A stretch of 51,152 bases of DNA from an uncultured Anaerolineae bacterium (GCA_964507175.1 CAZDOZ010000001.1:1-51152), one strand, 5' to 3'; shown: positions 40,931 to 49,231, counted from the stretch's first letter. Program-made: numbers and translations. Notes: generated by a model not told the origin, from the sequence alone.

Positions 40931-41002
40931 AGGCCTGTTTTCCCCCGCGCCTCGGCGGCATAATTTGAAAACATGTTACTATTCAGCCCCCCAGCAGTAG
41001 AA

Positions 41003-41245
41003 CGCTGATGACGCTGATTTTCGCTGATCTTTTTCTGGTTTTATTTGCCTTATCTGCGGGTATCTGCGTGAAATCTGCGGAATCCGCTTTCGATTTGTTC
41101 AAGGCTGAACAGTTACGAAAACATTCTAACAGAGTCCTGCATCGGCGGTCAAAAGCACCTTCATCCGCGCGTCTGGGAATGCTTTGGGGCAGATTGCACA
41201 GTCTATTCCGAAAATTGAACGCAGATGAACGCTGATCTCCGCTGG
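41003..41245. repeat. array of helically phased CGC(W)GAT / ATC(W)GCG heptamers in the rlmD upstream region
   Basis: CGCTGAT at 41003, 41012 and 41022. ATCTGCG at 41052, 41062 and 41073, plus ATCCGC at 41082. ATCCGCG at 41163. CGCAGAT at 41220, CGCTGAT at 41230, CGCTGG at 41240. Spacing within clusters is 9-11 bp. Confidence 0.5.
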
Positions 41246-41402
41246 ACAGGCACGAGACTTGCCCCCTTGGGGTAGTTCCCCACATTCCTCTTGCTAGGCA
41301 GTCAGTAAGCCCGATGGCGTAGTTGTGCGCGTGTTCTGCCCTCATCCACCCCCAAGGGCGCAGCGCCGCGCAAAGCAGTTCCTTTCGGCGTTTCGGTGCG
41401 GC

Positions 41403-41442
41403 AACAAAAAGCGGCGGAGTCTCCGCTGGAGAACACCGCCGC
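41403..41442 (-). terminator. rho-independent terminator after the GltD-like gene
   Basis: Minus-strand reading: GCGGCGG..TCTCC-AGC-GGAGA..CCGCCGC, followed by TTTTTGTT. Confidence 0.7.
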
Positions 41443-41469
41443 AAGTGTAAGCGGTTTGACGTCACCGGA

Positions 41470-42927
41470 CTAGTGCCCTGTTCTCTTCTTCTCCAAATAC
41501 TCTGCCATCGCCTCGGCCGCCTTGCGCGCCCCTGCGAGGGCCGTTACCACCAGATCGGGGCCATTGACATTGTCACCTCCCGCATATAGGCCTTCCCTGC
41601 TGGTCTCTCCAGTCTCAGGGTCCACCTTTATGAGTCCCCATTTATCGCACTCCAACCATGGTTCAGTTTTCTTGAAAATGGGATCGGGCCAATATCCGAT
41701 TGCAAGCACCACCAGATCCACATCTATCGTGAATTCTGTCCCCTCGATTGGGATTGGCCTGCGCCTGCCTGACTCGTCCGGCTCCCCTAACCTCATACGG
41801 ATGCATTCCATGGCCGCGACACGGCCGTCCTCGCCAGGGATGAATTTCGTCGGGACCGTCAGATACTCGAAATGTGCACCCTCTTCCTCTGCCAGATGCT
41901 TGTCCTTGAGACCCGCCGGCATTTCCACCTCGGATCGACGATAGACGCATGTGACCTCCTTGGCCTTCATCCGGAGGCTAGTGCGCAGGCAGTCCATCGC
42001 TGTATCGCCACCACCTATTACTGCCACTCGTTTCCCTTCCACCTGTGGTTTTTCCCTCATGCCAGGGGGAAGCATTTCGGGAGGCAGGTTCAGTTTCACA
42101 AGGTATTCTGTGGCATGATAGACCCCTGGGAGGTCCTCCCCTGGAACACGCATGCTGGCGTCTATTTCCGCACCAGTGCCCAGGAACACTGCGTCGTACT
42201 CCTCTATCAGATCGTCGAGAGTCGGGTTGCCTTCGGCGCAAATTCGGGTGTTGCAGACAAATTTCACACCGAGTTTTTCTTCCAGGTACCGTATCTTGTA
42301 CCTCGGAATTTCCTTGTCCAGCTTGAAATTGGGAATGCCATACACCAGCAGGCCGCCGGGGTTAGGCCATGCTTCATATACGGTAATGCTATGCCCTAGC
42401 TTCGCAAGCCTTTCGGCCACCAGGAGTCCGGCAGGGCCAGATCCGATCACTGCTACTTTCTGCCCTGTAGGAGCCACCTGAGGTGGCTCGGGGTATCCCA
42501 CCGTTTTGCGCTCATAAGTGGCTGCCGATGCCTCAAGCATGCCGATGTGTACCGGGTCCCTCAATTTGCCAATAACGCAGGCACCCTCGCATAGACGCTC
42601 CTGCGGGCATACCCTGCCACATATCTCCGAAAAGCCGCTGGTCTGGTGGAAAACCCTTATCCCATCTATTATCTCCCCTTGGCTCATGTGCCAGAGGGCT
42701 AAGGGAATATTGTTATGCAGGGGACAGGCCTCCACGCACGGCTGTGGGGCACGGCATATTATGCAGCGCGAAGCCTCGACTTTGATCGTATCCAAGTCGT
42801 ACAAGTGGAAAGCTTCCTCGAAATCGTTGAGCCTTTCTTCCGCCGGACGATAAGGAATGTCGTTTGCGGGGATCTTTGCGCGGGATTTGCGATCCACGCG
42901 CAGGTGGCTTGTGTCGTAGGAAACCAT
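41470..42927 (-). CDS. GltD/NfnB/SudA-like NAD(P)H-dependent FAD/Fe-S oxidoreductase (glutamate synthase small-subunit family)
   Basis: N-terminal Fe-S cysteines CIICRAPQPCVEACP and CGRVCPQERLCEGAC. Two dinucleotide folds: VAVIGSGPAGL and VAVIGGGDTAMD. Confidence 0.85.
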   Translation of the reverse strand: MVSYDTSHLRVDRKSRAKIPANDIPYRPAEERLNDFEEAFHLYDLDTIKVEASRCIICRAPQPCVEACPLHNNIPLALWHMSQGEIIDGIRVFHQTSGFSEICGRVCPQERLCEGACVIGKLRDPVHIGMLEASAATYERKTVGYPEPPQVAPTGQKVAVIGSGPAGLLVAERLAKLGHSITVYEAWPNPGGLLVYGIPNFKLDKEIPRYKIRYLEEKLGVKFVCNTRICAEGNPTLDDLIEEYDAVFLGTGAEIDASMRVPGEDLPGVYHATEYLVKLNLPPEMLPPGMREKPQVEGKRVAVIGGGDTAMDCLRTSLRMKAKEVTCVYRRSEVEMPAGLKDKHLAEEEGAHFEYLTVPTKFIPGEDGRVAAMECIRMRLGEPDESGRRRPIPIEGTEFTIDVDLVVLAIGYWPDPIFKKTEPWLECDKWGLIKVDPETGETSREGLYAGGDNVNGPDLVVTALAGARKAAEAMAEYLEKKRTGH

Positions 42928-43114
42928 TTTCCAGAATCCTCCTTACATGATAGCACCACACTTAACCGTGGTGACTGCCGGGCACTTTTCCCGCCGTCCT
43001 GGACGTAGGCCCGGTGTGTTGTCTGCACACTAAATGAGGGACGTGACTGTAGGCATGCTCTACGCTTAAATGAGCTCCTACCCTCTTGCATGAGTGGTAT
43101 GCCCAGCAGATAGC

Positions 43115-44011
43115 TCAGTGCAGAAATCGGAACAACGCCAGCAGTATCATCATCAAGCCCAGGTACGGGCTCAAAAGCAAGTAGGCCTTCTTGATATAAG
43201 TTCTGTGGTTAGTTCTCAAGTACCTGCAGGCAAAGTAAAGGGAAGGGATAGATAACAGCAGAGAGGCCAGAAAAGGTCTAATAGCGCAGTATCCCATCAG
43301 ATGTACTCCAAACACCACAGCGTTGATCAGCAAGACAATTGTGCTCGACGCGATGACCCCTTTCTTGACCCCTATAATCGCTGGCAGCATGGGCACGGCT
43401 GCTCTCTCGTAGTCCTCGACGTAGTAGCTGGATATCAGCCAGATGTGGGCCATTGACCAGAGAGCTATGATGAGGACAAGGGATATAGAAAGGCCGTCCA
43501 ATCTGCTGGAATAGGCCACGTACCCTGCAAGAGCAGGCATCCCTCCTGCAACTCCACCTACCGATACAGAAAAAGGGCTCCTCCTTTTCAGCAAAACCGT
43601 GTACAAAAGCAGATCGATTATGAAGCCAGAGAACACGGCAAATCCGCACAAAAGATTGATGCCGGCCGCAAGGAGTATCCCTGGAATCACAAGGGCAACA
43701 GAGATGGAGAAGGCTGTGCTTGGGGATATCTGCTCGGATGGTAGCGCTCTGTCTTTTGTCCTGAACATCAGAGCGTCGATATCCCTATCGAAGTACATGT
43801 TCAGCCCTGTGGTACCTGATACCGCAAGAAGAAGTGCAAAGGTCACGAGAGGAAGGGCCACGTCCACCCTTCCTCCCGAAGCTATGAGATACCCTAGCAT
43901 TCCTGTCAGAACCAGGAGCGCTGTTTGAGACGGTTTGAATGTAGAGAGCAGTATCGTCAGGCCTGAGCCTGCTGCTCTTTTTCTTTCCTGCTGTAAGTTT
44001 CCGACATCCAT
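43115..44011 (-). CDS. ctaB: UbiA-family prenyltransferase, heme O synthase (CtaB/CyoE)-like
   Basis: FKPSQTALLVLT, NMYFDRDIDALMFRTKDRALP, VGGVAGGMPALAGY, EDYERAAVPMLP. Start ATG 44011 was chosen; it overlaps the upstream gene by 55 nt and has no clear RBS. Confidence 0.72.
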   Translation of the reverse strand: MDVGNLQQERKRAAGSGLTILLSTFKPSQTALLVLTGMLGYLIASGGRVDVALPLVTFALLLAVSGTTGLNMYFDRDIDALMFRTKDRALPSEQISPSTAFSISVALVIPGILLAAGINLLCGFAVFSGFIIDLLLYTVLLKRRSPFSVSVGGVAGGMPALAGYVAYSSRLDGLSISLVLIIALWSMAHIWLISSYYVEDYERAAVPMLPAIIGVKKGVIASSTIVLLINAVVFGVHLMGYCAIRPFLASLLLSIPSLYFACRYLRTNHRTYIKKAYLLLSPYLGLMMILLALFRFLH

Positions 44012-45072
44012 AGTGCCAGTGGCCTGTAAATGGCATGGGCAAACTTGGTAAACGGTGCCGTGAGCAACAAATCGAACACTATTACCAAGTGCACGGCGAA
44101 AGTTATATAGGCTGGCCAGGGCAGATTGACCCACATGAATACATCCAGCAAAAAGCCCGTGAGACCCGCCAGGAACATCAGCCATACGAACACCCAGTCA
44201 CTGTGGTGAGAGTATTTCGAGTAACTGTCTTTTATGAAATACCTCCTGTAGAGATAGTATCCCGACCCATAAAGCAAGACGAGCCCTGATACTATTCCTA
44301 TTACATGTGGCACAATCTTCAGTCCACTGTTTACGGAGATCAGAAAATCTATGCCGAAAGCAAGGATAGTCGCCAAAAACAACCCCAAAAAGCCCCATAA
44401 CAGCGCCAGATGGGCCCAGTAGCGGTTTTTGTCCTCACATTCGTCGAACGTTTTCTGAATAAACACCTCATTGATTAATATATCCCAGAAACTCTGCAGC
44501 CACTCCCCCAGACTTGCCTGTATCCCGTCCTTGTGCAAGCTTCTCCACATTACCACCAGTTGGACTATGGCGAAGAACGCTATTACAACCCCGAGGACTA
44601 TACCAGCGTAATGGAGGAAGTCCAACGTTATGAACGACAGCGGATCCACCTTGGTCAGGTTTGGATTCGGATTGTGGAAGTAGGCTATGCCCGCTATAGC
44701 GGCAACGGTAAGGACAAGCCAGGTTACCGCCGCGCTGGTGCCGTTGTAGAAAAGGTCTGCGATTTTCCCAAGGGAGTAGCGCCGTATAGCATAGCGACGG
44801 AGTGCCATCATGAGCCCACCAGGGTCTGCCTGCCTGGGACAGGTATCCGTGCACTCCCCGCAGTAGTAACACCGCCACAGCTCGGGCCCGCTCAATATCT
44901 TATCTTCCAGGCCCAGCATAGAATACCTTATCATCATCCTTGGGAAGGAATACTCTTCCGTGGAGAGAGGGCATATCGCTGTACAGTTTCCGCAACTGTA
45001 GCAAGCGCTTATGTCAAAAGCCCCGAGTTCCTTCACCTTGTCCAAGAAGCCTGGATTGACTTTTGCCATCAT
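43957..45072 (-). CDS. QmoC-like fusion protein: HdrC-like 2x[4Fe-4S] domain plus HdrE/NarI-like six-helix cytochrome-b membrane domain
   Basis: CYSCGNCTAICP and CYYCGECTDTCP in the first ~100 aa, then six hydrophobic helices with conserved-looking His residues. C-terminal PFTKFAHAIYRP is typical of NarI/DsrM/HdrE-type proteins. Confidence 0.8.
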   Translation of the reverse strand: MMAKVNPGFLDKVKELGAFDISACYSCGNCTAICPLSTEEYSFPRMMIRYSMLGLEDKILSGPELWRCYYCGECTDTCPRQADPGGLMMALRRYAIRRYSLGKIADLFYNGTSAAVTWLVLTVAAIAGIAYFHNPNPNLTKVDPLSFITLDFLHYAGIVLGVVIAFFAIVQLVVMWRSLHKDGIQASLGEWLQSFWDILINEVFIQKTFDECEDKNRYWAHLALLWGFLGLFLATILAFGIDFLISVNSGLKIVPHVIGIVSGLVLLYGSGYYLYRRYFIKDSYSKYSHHSDWVFVWLMFLAGLTGFLLDVFMWVNLPWPAYITFAVHLVIVFDLLLTAPFTKFAHAIYRPLALWMSETYSRKEKEQQAQA

Positions 45073-45350
45073 TTCCCCCTTTTCACCAGCGTGTACTTAT
45101 GGTAGCCATCCTCGGTAACATCACCTGTTTCTATGATGGCTTCATACTTTCTCATCGTCATCATCCAGTACATTACCTCGGAGGTGGGCATGGAAACAAT
45201 CTCTGCCACTTCAGGAACTGTCTTCGGTTCGGATTCCAAAGCTTTGGTTATCAGCTTTTTAATCTTTGCGAATTCCTGGGTCTTTGTCATCAGTTCCTTT
45301 GGGACTTTCATCTTTTTCTTCATCTCAAGGTAGGTTTTTGTCTTCGACAT
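45069..45350 (-). CDS. small lysine-rich protein, possible winged-helix fold, unknown function
   Basis: 93 aa. GGAGG RBS. Starts 1 nt after the hdrA-like stop and overlaps the QmoC-like start (ATGA). The C-terminal half TVPEVAEIV..PTSEVMYWMMTMRKYEAIIETG..DGYHKYTL looks like HTH plus wing. Confidence 0.5.
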   Translation of the reverse strand: MSKTKTYLEMKKKMKVPKELMTKTQEFAKIKKLITKALESEPKTVPEVAEIVSMPTSEVMYWMMTMRKYEAIIETGDVTEDGYHKYTLVKRGK

Positions 45351-45351
45351 C

Positions 45352-47088
45352 TCACTCCCCCTCCAAGAGCGCATCTATTGCTGCCAATATAGTCTGGTCT
45401 TCATAACCTTTGACCTGAATGGCATCCGCCGGGCAAACCGGGACGCATCCACCGCACCCTTTGCAGAGCAGCTCGGTGACTTCAGCAACCTCCTTGCCCC
45501 GCTGTTCGTCCTTAACCTTTTTGATGGCTTCGTAGGGGCATGCCTCCAGGCAAGCACCACACCACTCGCATCTGTCTGGGTCTACGAACGCTACCGTTGG
45601 CTGCAACTCGGTGTACCCTTTCATAACAAGTGCTGCCGCCTTCGAAGCAGCTGCGAGGGCAGAGGCTGTGCTTTCGGAGGAGTTTTTTGGTCCCTGAGCA
45701 ACGCCAGCGATGTATACTCCATCAATCACCGTCTCCACAGGTCGCAGCTTGGGGTGGATTTCATTGTAGAATCTATCCCGCCCAATCGGAATCTTGAGCG
45801 CGTTTGTCAGGTCAGCGTTTTGTCTCGGTACCATGCCGGTCACTAGCACGACCAGATCCGGGTATATCTCAACTTCTTCCCTATTTGTCAGAAGGTCTTT
45901 AACCCTCACCCTCAGCGTGCCGTTGGAAGAATCTACAACAGGTGGCTCATCCTCATCGAATTTGATGAAGACCGACCCGAGCTTCTGGGACTCCTCGTAC
46001 AGGGTCTCGTACTTTCCATATGTCCTTATATCCCTGTACAAGTGGAATTGGTGGATAGTCGGATCCACCTTTGAAACCAGGATCGATGTGTGGATGGTCG
46101 CGTTACAGCAGTAGCGAGAGCAGTAAGTGTTCGCGTTTTCTACGTCTGGCTTCTGGCGAGAACCGACGCAATAGATATAAGCTACGCTTTTCACCTGTTT
46201 TCCATCGTACCGCAGCTCTCCATCCGAGGCCTCCACCATTTCTTTGAACTTAGGCAGAGTGACCACCCCTTTCATGCCGTATCCGTATTCCCCTTGCTTC
46301 GGCTCGTATGTATCGAATCCTGTCGCTACTATGATGGCGCCGACTTTGAGGTCGATGGTTTCGCCAGGCTTGTCGCCCACCTTTATCGTTACTTCGAAGT
46401 TCCCCAGGTATCCGGCCTTTTTCAGAAGCTCGGCTTTCGTGAATATCGTTATCTTGGAGCCTCTCTTGGCAATCTCAGACATCAGCTCATCTATAATCTC
46501 TTTTCCGTTTTTGTCGTGTGGATACATTACGGAGAACTTACTTACCCAGCCGCCGACTTTCTCCTCTCGTTCTATGAGATAGACATATATCCCCATGTCG
46601 GCCAGAACGAGCGCTGCTCTAAGTCCGGCTATTCCCCCTCCTATGATGAGGGCTTTTTTGACCGTTTCTACCTCTAGTGGTTTAAGGGGTTTGGATAGTC
46701 TTGCTTTGGCTATACCAGCTCTTACCAGTTCTATTGCTTTCTCCGTTGCCCCTTCCCAATCCTCTCTGTGAGCCCATGAATCTTGCTCCCTTATGTTCAC
46801 CTGGACGTACTGGTAAGGGTTCAACCCGGCCCTTTTTGCAACGCCCCTGAAAGTAAGGAGGTGAAGTTTCGGTGAACAAGATGCGACAACGAGACCATCG
46901 AGCTTCTTCTCCTTTATGTCGTCTATCATCTCTTGTTGGCCGGCATCTGAGCAGGCAAACATGGTGGTTTTGGCGACGACGACGCCGGGCTCGTTTGCTA
47001 TCGCATCTCTGACTCTTTTCACATCTACATAATCAGAGATGTTTCCACCGCAGTGGCAGATGTATACCCCAATTCTCCTCTCAGTCAC
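45352..47088 (-). CDS. HdrA-family flavoprotein with N-terminal Cys domain and C-terminal 2x[4Fe-4S] ferredoxin domain
   Basis: GTG start with GAGGAGG RBS. IGVYICHCGGNI, FAD fold LIIGGGIAGL, HdrA-type cluster motif CVGSRQ..CSRYCC. C-terminal CEWCGACLEACP and CKGCGGCVPVCP. Confidence 0.88.
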   Translation of the reverse strand: MTERRIGVYICHCGGNISDYVDVKRVRDAIANEPGVVVAKTTMFACSDAGQQEMIDDIKEKKLDGLVVASCSPKLHLLTFRGVAKRAGLNPYQYVQVNIREQDSWAHREDWEGATEKAIELVRAGIAKARLSKPLKPLEVETVKKALIIGGGIAGLRAALVLADMGIYVYLIEREEKVGGWVSKFSVMYPHDKNGKEIIDELMSEIAKRGSKITIFTKAELLKKAGYLGNFEVTIKVGDKPGETIDLKVGAIIVATGFDTYEPKQGEYGYGMKGVVTLPKFKEMVEASDGELRYDGKQVKSVAYIYCVGSRQKPDVENANTYCSRYCCNATIHTSILVSKVDPTIHQFHLYRDIRTYGKYETLYEESQKLGSVFIKFDEDEPPVVDSSNGTLRVRVKDLLTNREEVEIYPDLVVLVTGMVPRQNADLTNALKIPIGRDRFYNEIHPKLRPVETVIDGVYIAGVAQGPKNSSESTASALAAASKAAALVMKGYTELQPTVAFVDPDRCEWCGACLEACPYEAIKKVKDEQRGKEVAEVTELLCKGCGGCVPVCPADAIQVKGYEDQTILAAIDALLEGE

Positions 47089-48377
47089 TTCTGCCTCCTC
47101 GTCGTTTCCATGTAGGCTATCGCCTCTGCAGAGGCAGCCCCTGCCGACAGTATGGTGTCAGGTATATCTTTGGGCCCGTAAGCGGTTCCTGCCACAAAAA
47201 CACCTTCTATGCTTGTCCTTGCCGGGCTCAAATCTTCGTCAACCTGCTTTACATAATAGTAGTCATCCAATTCCAGTTTCTCCCCCTTGAATATCGAGGC
47301 TACCTCTGGAGTTGGGAGCAGTCCGACGGAGAGAACAACCATGTCGTGTTCAGCCTCTTGTACTCTTCCGCCATTCTCTATGTCCTCGTACCTCAGGAGA
47401 AGGTTCCCGTTTTCTAGTTCCTCTATTTTCGCAACTCTACCCTTTACGAATTGGACTCCCATATCCCGGGTTTGTTTGAAGAACTCTTCGTACCCTTTGC
47501 CGTAAGCCCTTATGTCCATATAGTAAAGCGTCACATCAGCAAGGGGAAGGGCTCCCAATATAAGCTGGGCCTGTTTGATTGAATACATGCAGCATATCTG
47601 GGAGCAAAGAGGGTTGCCAACTGTTCTATCTCTTGAGCCAGTACAAAGGACATAGGCGATGTTTTCCGCCTCTTTGCCATCCGAAGGCCTCAGAACCGTA
47701 TTAAAAGGCCTTGTCGGGGCAAGCAGCCTATCCATTTGCATGGCATTTATGACATTCTTGAATTTCCCGAATCCGTACTGAGGCTTCCGTTCCGCGGGGA
47801 AGAGCCTAAACCCGGTTGCAACAATAACCGATTTTACATTCACTTCCAGTTCTTCCGGTTCCTGGGTGAAGTCAATGGCATCTGCAGGGCAGGCTCTTTC
47901 GCATGCGCCGCAGAGGATACAATTGTCTATGTCGACTACAGCGACTTTGGGGATAGCCTGCGGAAAGGGTATGTAAACAGCCTTTCGTCCAACGAGGTCG
48001 AAATTGAACTCATCGTGTTCAACATTCACCGGGCAAGCTCTTTCGCATTCTTGGCATCCAGTACAGGCAGTCTCATTGACGTATTTGGGTTTCTTTAGGA
48101 TTTTTGCACTAAATCCATCCCCATCTTTCCTGACTTCCGTGACTTCCGTATACGTCATGGTGGTGATGTTCGGATGGTGCGCTGTCTCCGCCATTTTCGG
48201 TGTACTGATACAACTTGCACAGTCAAGAGTGGGGAAGACCTTGCTCAGAAGAATCATTTTGCCGCCAATGCTCGGCTCTTTCTCGACGAGCAGAACCTTG
48301 TAACCTGCATCCCCAAGATTGATCGCCGACTCCATGCCGGCTATCCCCCCTCCTATGATTAAGACATCATATTCCAT
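47085..48377 (-). CDS. HdrA/QmoA-B-family flavoprotein with inserted 2x[4Fe-4S] ferredoxin domain
   Basis: YDVLIIGGGIAGM FAD fold. Inserted CTGCQECERACP and CILCGACERACP. HdrA cluster motif CTGSRDRTVGNPLCSQICC. Start ATG 48377 has a GGAGG RBS; the upstream 40 codons were rejected. Confidence 0.85.
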   Translation of the reverse strand: MEYDVLIIGGGIAGMESAINLGDAGYKVLLVEKEPSIGGKMILLSKVFPTLDCASCISTPKMAETAHHPNITTMTYTEVTEVRKDGDGFSAKILKKPKYVNETACTGCQECERACPVNVEHDEFNFDLVGRKAVYIPFPQAIPKVAVVDIDNCILCGACERACPADAIDFTQEPEELEVNVKSVIVATGFRLFPAERKPQYGFGKFKNVINAMQMDRLLAPTRPFNTVLRPSDGKEAENIAYVLCTGSRDRTVGNPLCSQICCMYSIKQAQLILGALPLADVTLYYMDIRAYGKGYEEFFKQTRDMGVQFVKGRVAKIEELENGNLLLRYEDIENGGRVQEAEHDMVVLSVGLLPTPEVASIFKGEKLELDDYYYVKQVDEDLSPARTSIEGVFVAGTAYGPKDIPDTILSAGAASAEAIAYMETTRRQK

Positions 48378-48388
48378 TATTTCACCTC

Positions 48389-48841
48389 CTAACCTTCTGC
48401 ACTCTTCGAGCCTTCTGCTGTTGATGGGCCAAGTCCCTTGAGGGCGTTGAAGAAATTGTTCATGTGGTTCGCGAATGGCTCCGCACAAACTGAGCAAATT
48501 GCCCCCATCTTCACCCTTTGGGGACTATACCCCTTTTCTTTCAGAAGGTTCTGTGCTTCATCGGCTATCTTCGCTGTTCTAGTTGTACAGTCTGGGAGGA
48601 AGGGACAGTCTGTCCCATCCGCGGCGATGAACACACCATCGAACCCCTTCTCAATGGCATGGAGAATCCATTTGGGCTTTATTCCGCTTGAGCATGGAAG
48701 GGATATAACATCCACTGTAGAAGGATACACCAAATGCGAGCTACCAGCCAGGTCTATTCCGGGGTCTGAAATGCTGTCAGTCGAAAAAACGAGAATCCTA
48801 GGAGCAAACTCTTTATTCTCCTCTTTTTTCTCTGCACTCAT
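48389..48841 (-). CDS. MvhD/FlpD-like (methyl-viologen-reducing hydrogenase delta subunit family) protein
   Basis: ILVFS..DLAG..YP..V..ISLPCSSGIKPKWILHAIEKGFDGVFIAADGTDCPF..C pattern of the FlpD family. Start ATG 48841 has a GGAGG RBS. Confidence 0.78.
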   Translation of the reverse strand: MSAEKKEENKEFAPRILVFSTDSISDPGIDLAGSSHLVYPSTVDVISLPCSSGIKPKWILHAIEKGFDGVFIAADGTDCPFLPDCTTRTAKIADEAQNLLKEKGYSPQRVKMGAICSVCAEPFANHMNNFFNALKGLGPSTAEGSKSAEG

Positions 48842-48976
48842 ACCTTGTCTACCTCCATCATCTCCTTCAAACAAAGGGAAACTTCCGAAGCTATGGCACA
48901 GTTGCTTTGTCTTGGCTATCTTTTGTTGCAAGCCTCGGAAGTCTCAATCCCTTAAAATGCTTGGCTTTTCGCATCG

Positions 48977-49231
48977 TCACCTTGTTTTCTTGACGAAGAT
49001 CCTCCAGTATCCGGGCTCCTCCAGGATGCCCAAGTGCTCGTACTTCATCTTCTTTGCCCACAGAGGTATGTCCCTGTTGGTCCCCGGGTCCGACGAGAGG
49101 ACTTCCAGCACTCCACCAACAGGAACTGCCGCTATCGACTTTTTCGCTGCCAAAAGCGGACCAGGACAAGATGTCCCCCTTGCATCAACCACTTTGTCCG
49201 ACTTGATGTTTCTCAATTCTTCTTCAGTCAT
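48977..49231 (-). CDS. tusA: TusA/SirA-family sulfur carrier protein
   Basis: VVDARGTSCPGPLL (CPxP active-site motif). 84 aa. AGGAGG lies 6 nt before ATG 49231. Confidence 0.85.
   Translation of the reverse strand: MTEEELRNIKSDKVVDARGTSCPGPLLAAKKSIAAVPVGGVLEVLSSDPGTNRDIPLWAKKMKYEHLGILEEPGYWRIFVKKTR

Noticed and set aside
41003-41245. Whether the short direct repeats could be a CRISPR array.
   Set aside because: The repeats are 7 nt at about 10-nt spacing, with no spacers of CRISPR size and no cas genes. No other CRISPR-like periodicity was seen in the window.
40983-41465. 160-aa minus-strand ORF and 75-aa plus-strand ORF (41008..41235) in the rlmD upstream region.
   Set aside because: Neither has an RBS. 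Their sequences are low-complexity or dictated by the heptamer repeats. The 3' part of the minus-strand ORF runs through the gltD-like terminator. I treated the region as non-coding and reported it as a repeat array.
44012-44185. Longer version of the ctaB-like ORF, starting at 44185.
   Set aside because: It would overlap the QmoC-like gene by 229 nt, and its extra residues have no similarity to the UbiA-family N-terminus. ATG 44011 precedes the conserved FKP...L.L.T segment.
45352-48841. Possible selenocysteine (in-frame TGA) recoding in the hdrA-like and mvhD-like genes, as occurs in some organisms.
   Set aside because: All three ORFs are uninterrupted, and cysteine codons sit at the cluster motifs. 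There is no truncated-ORF signature.
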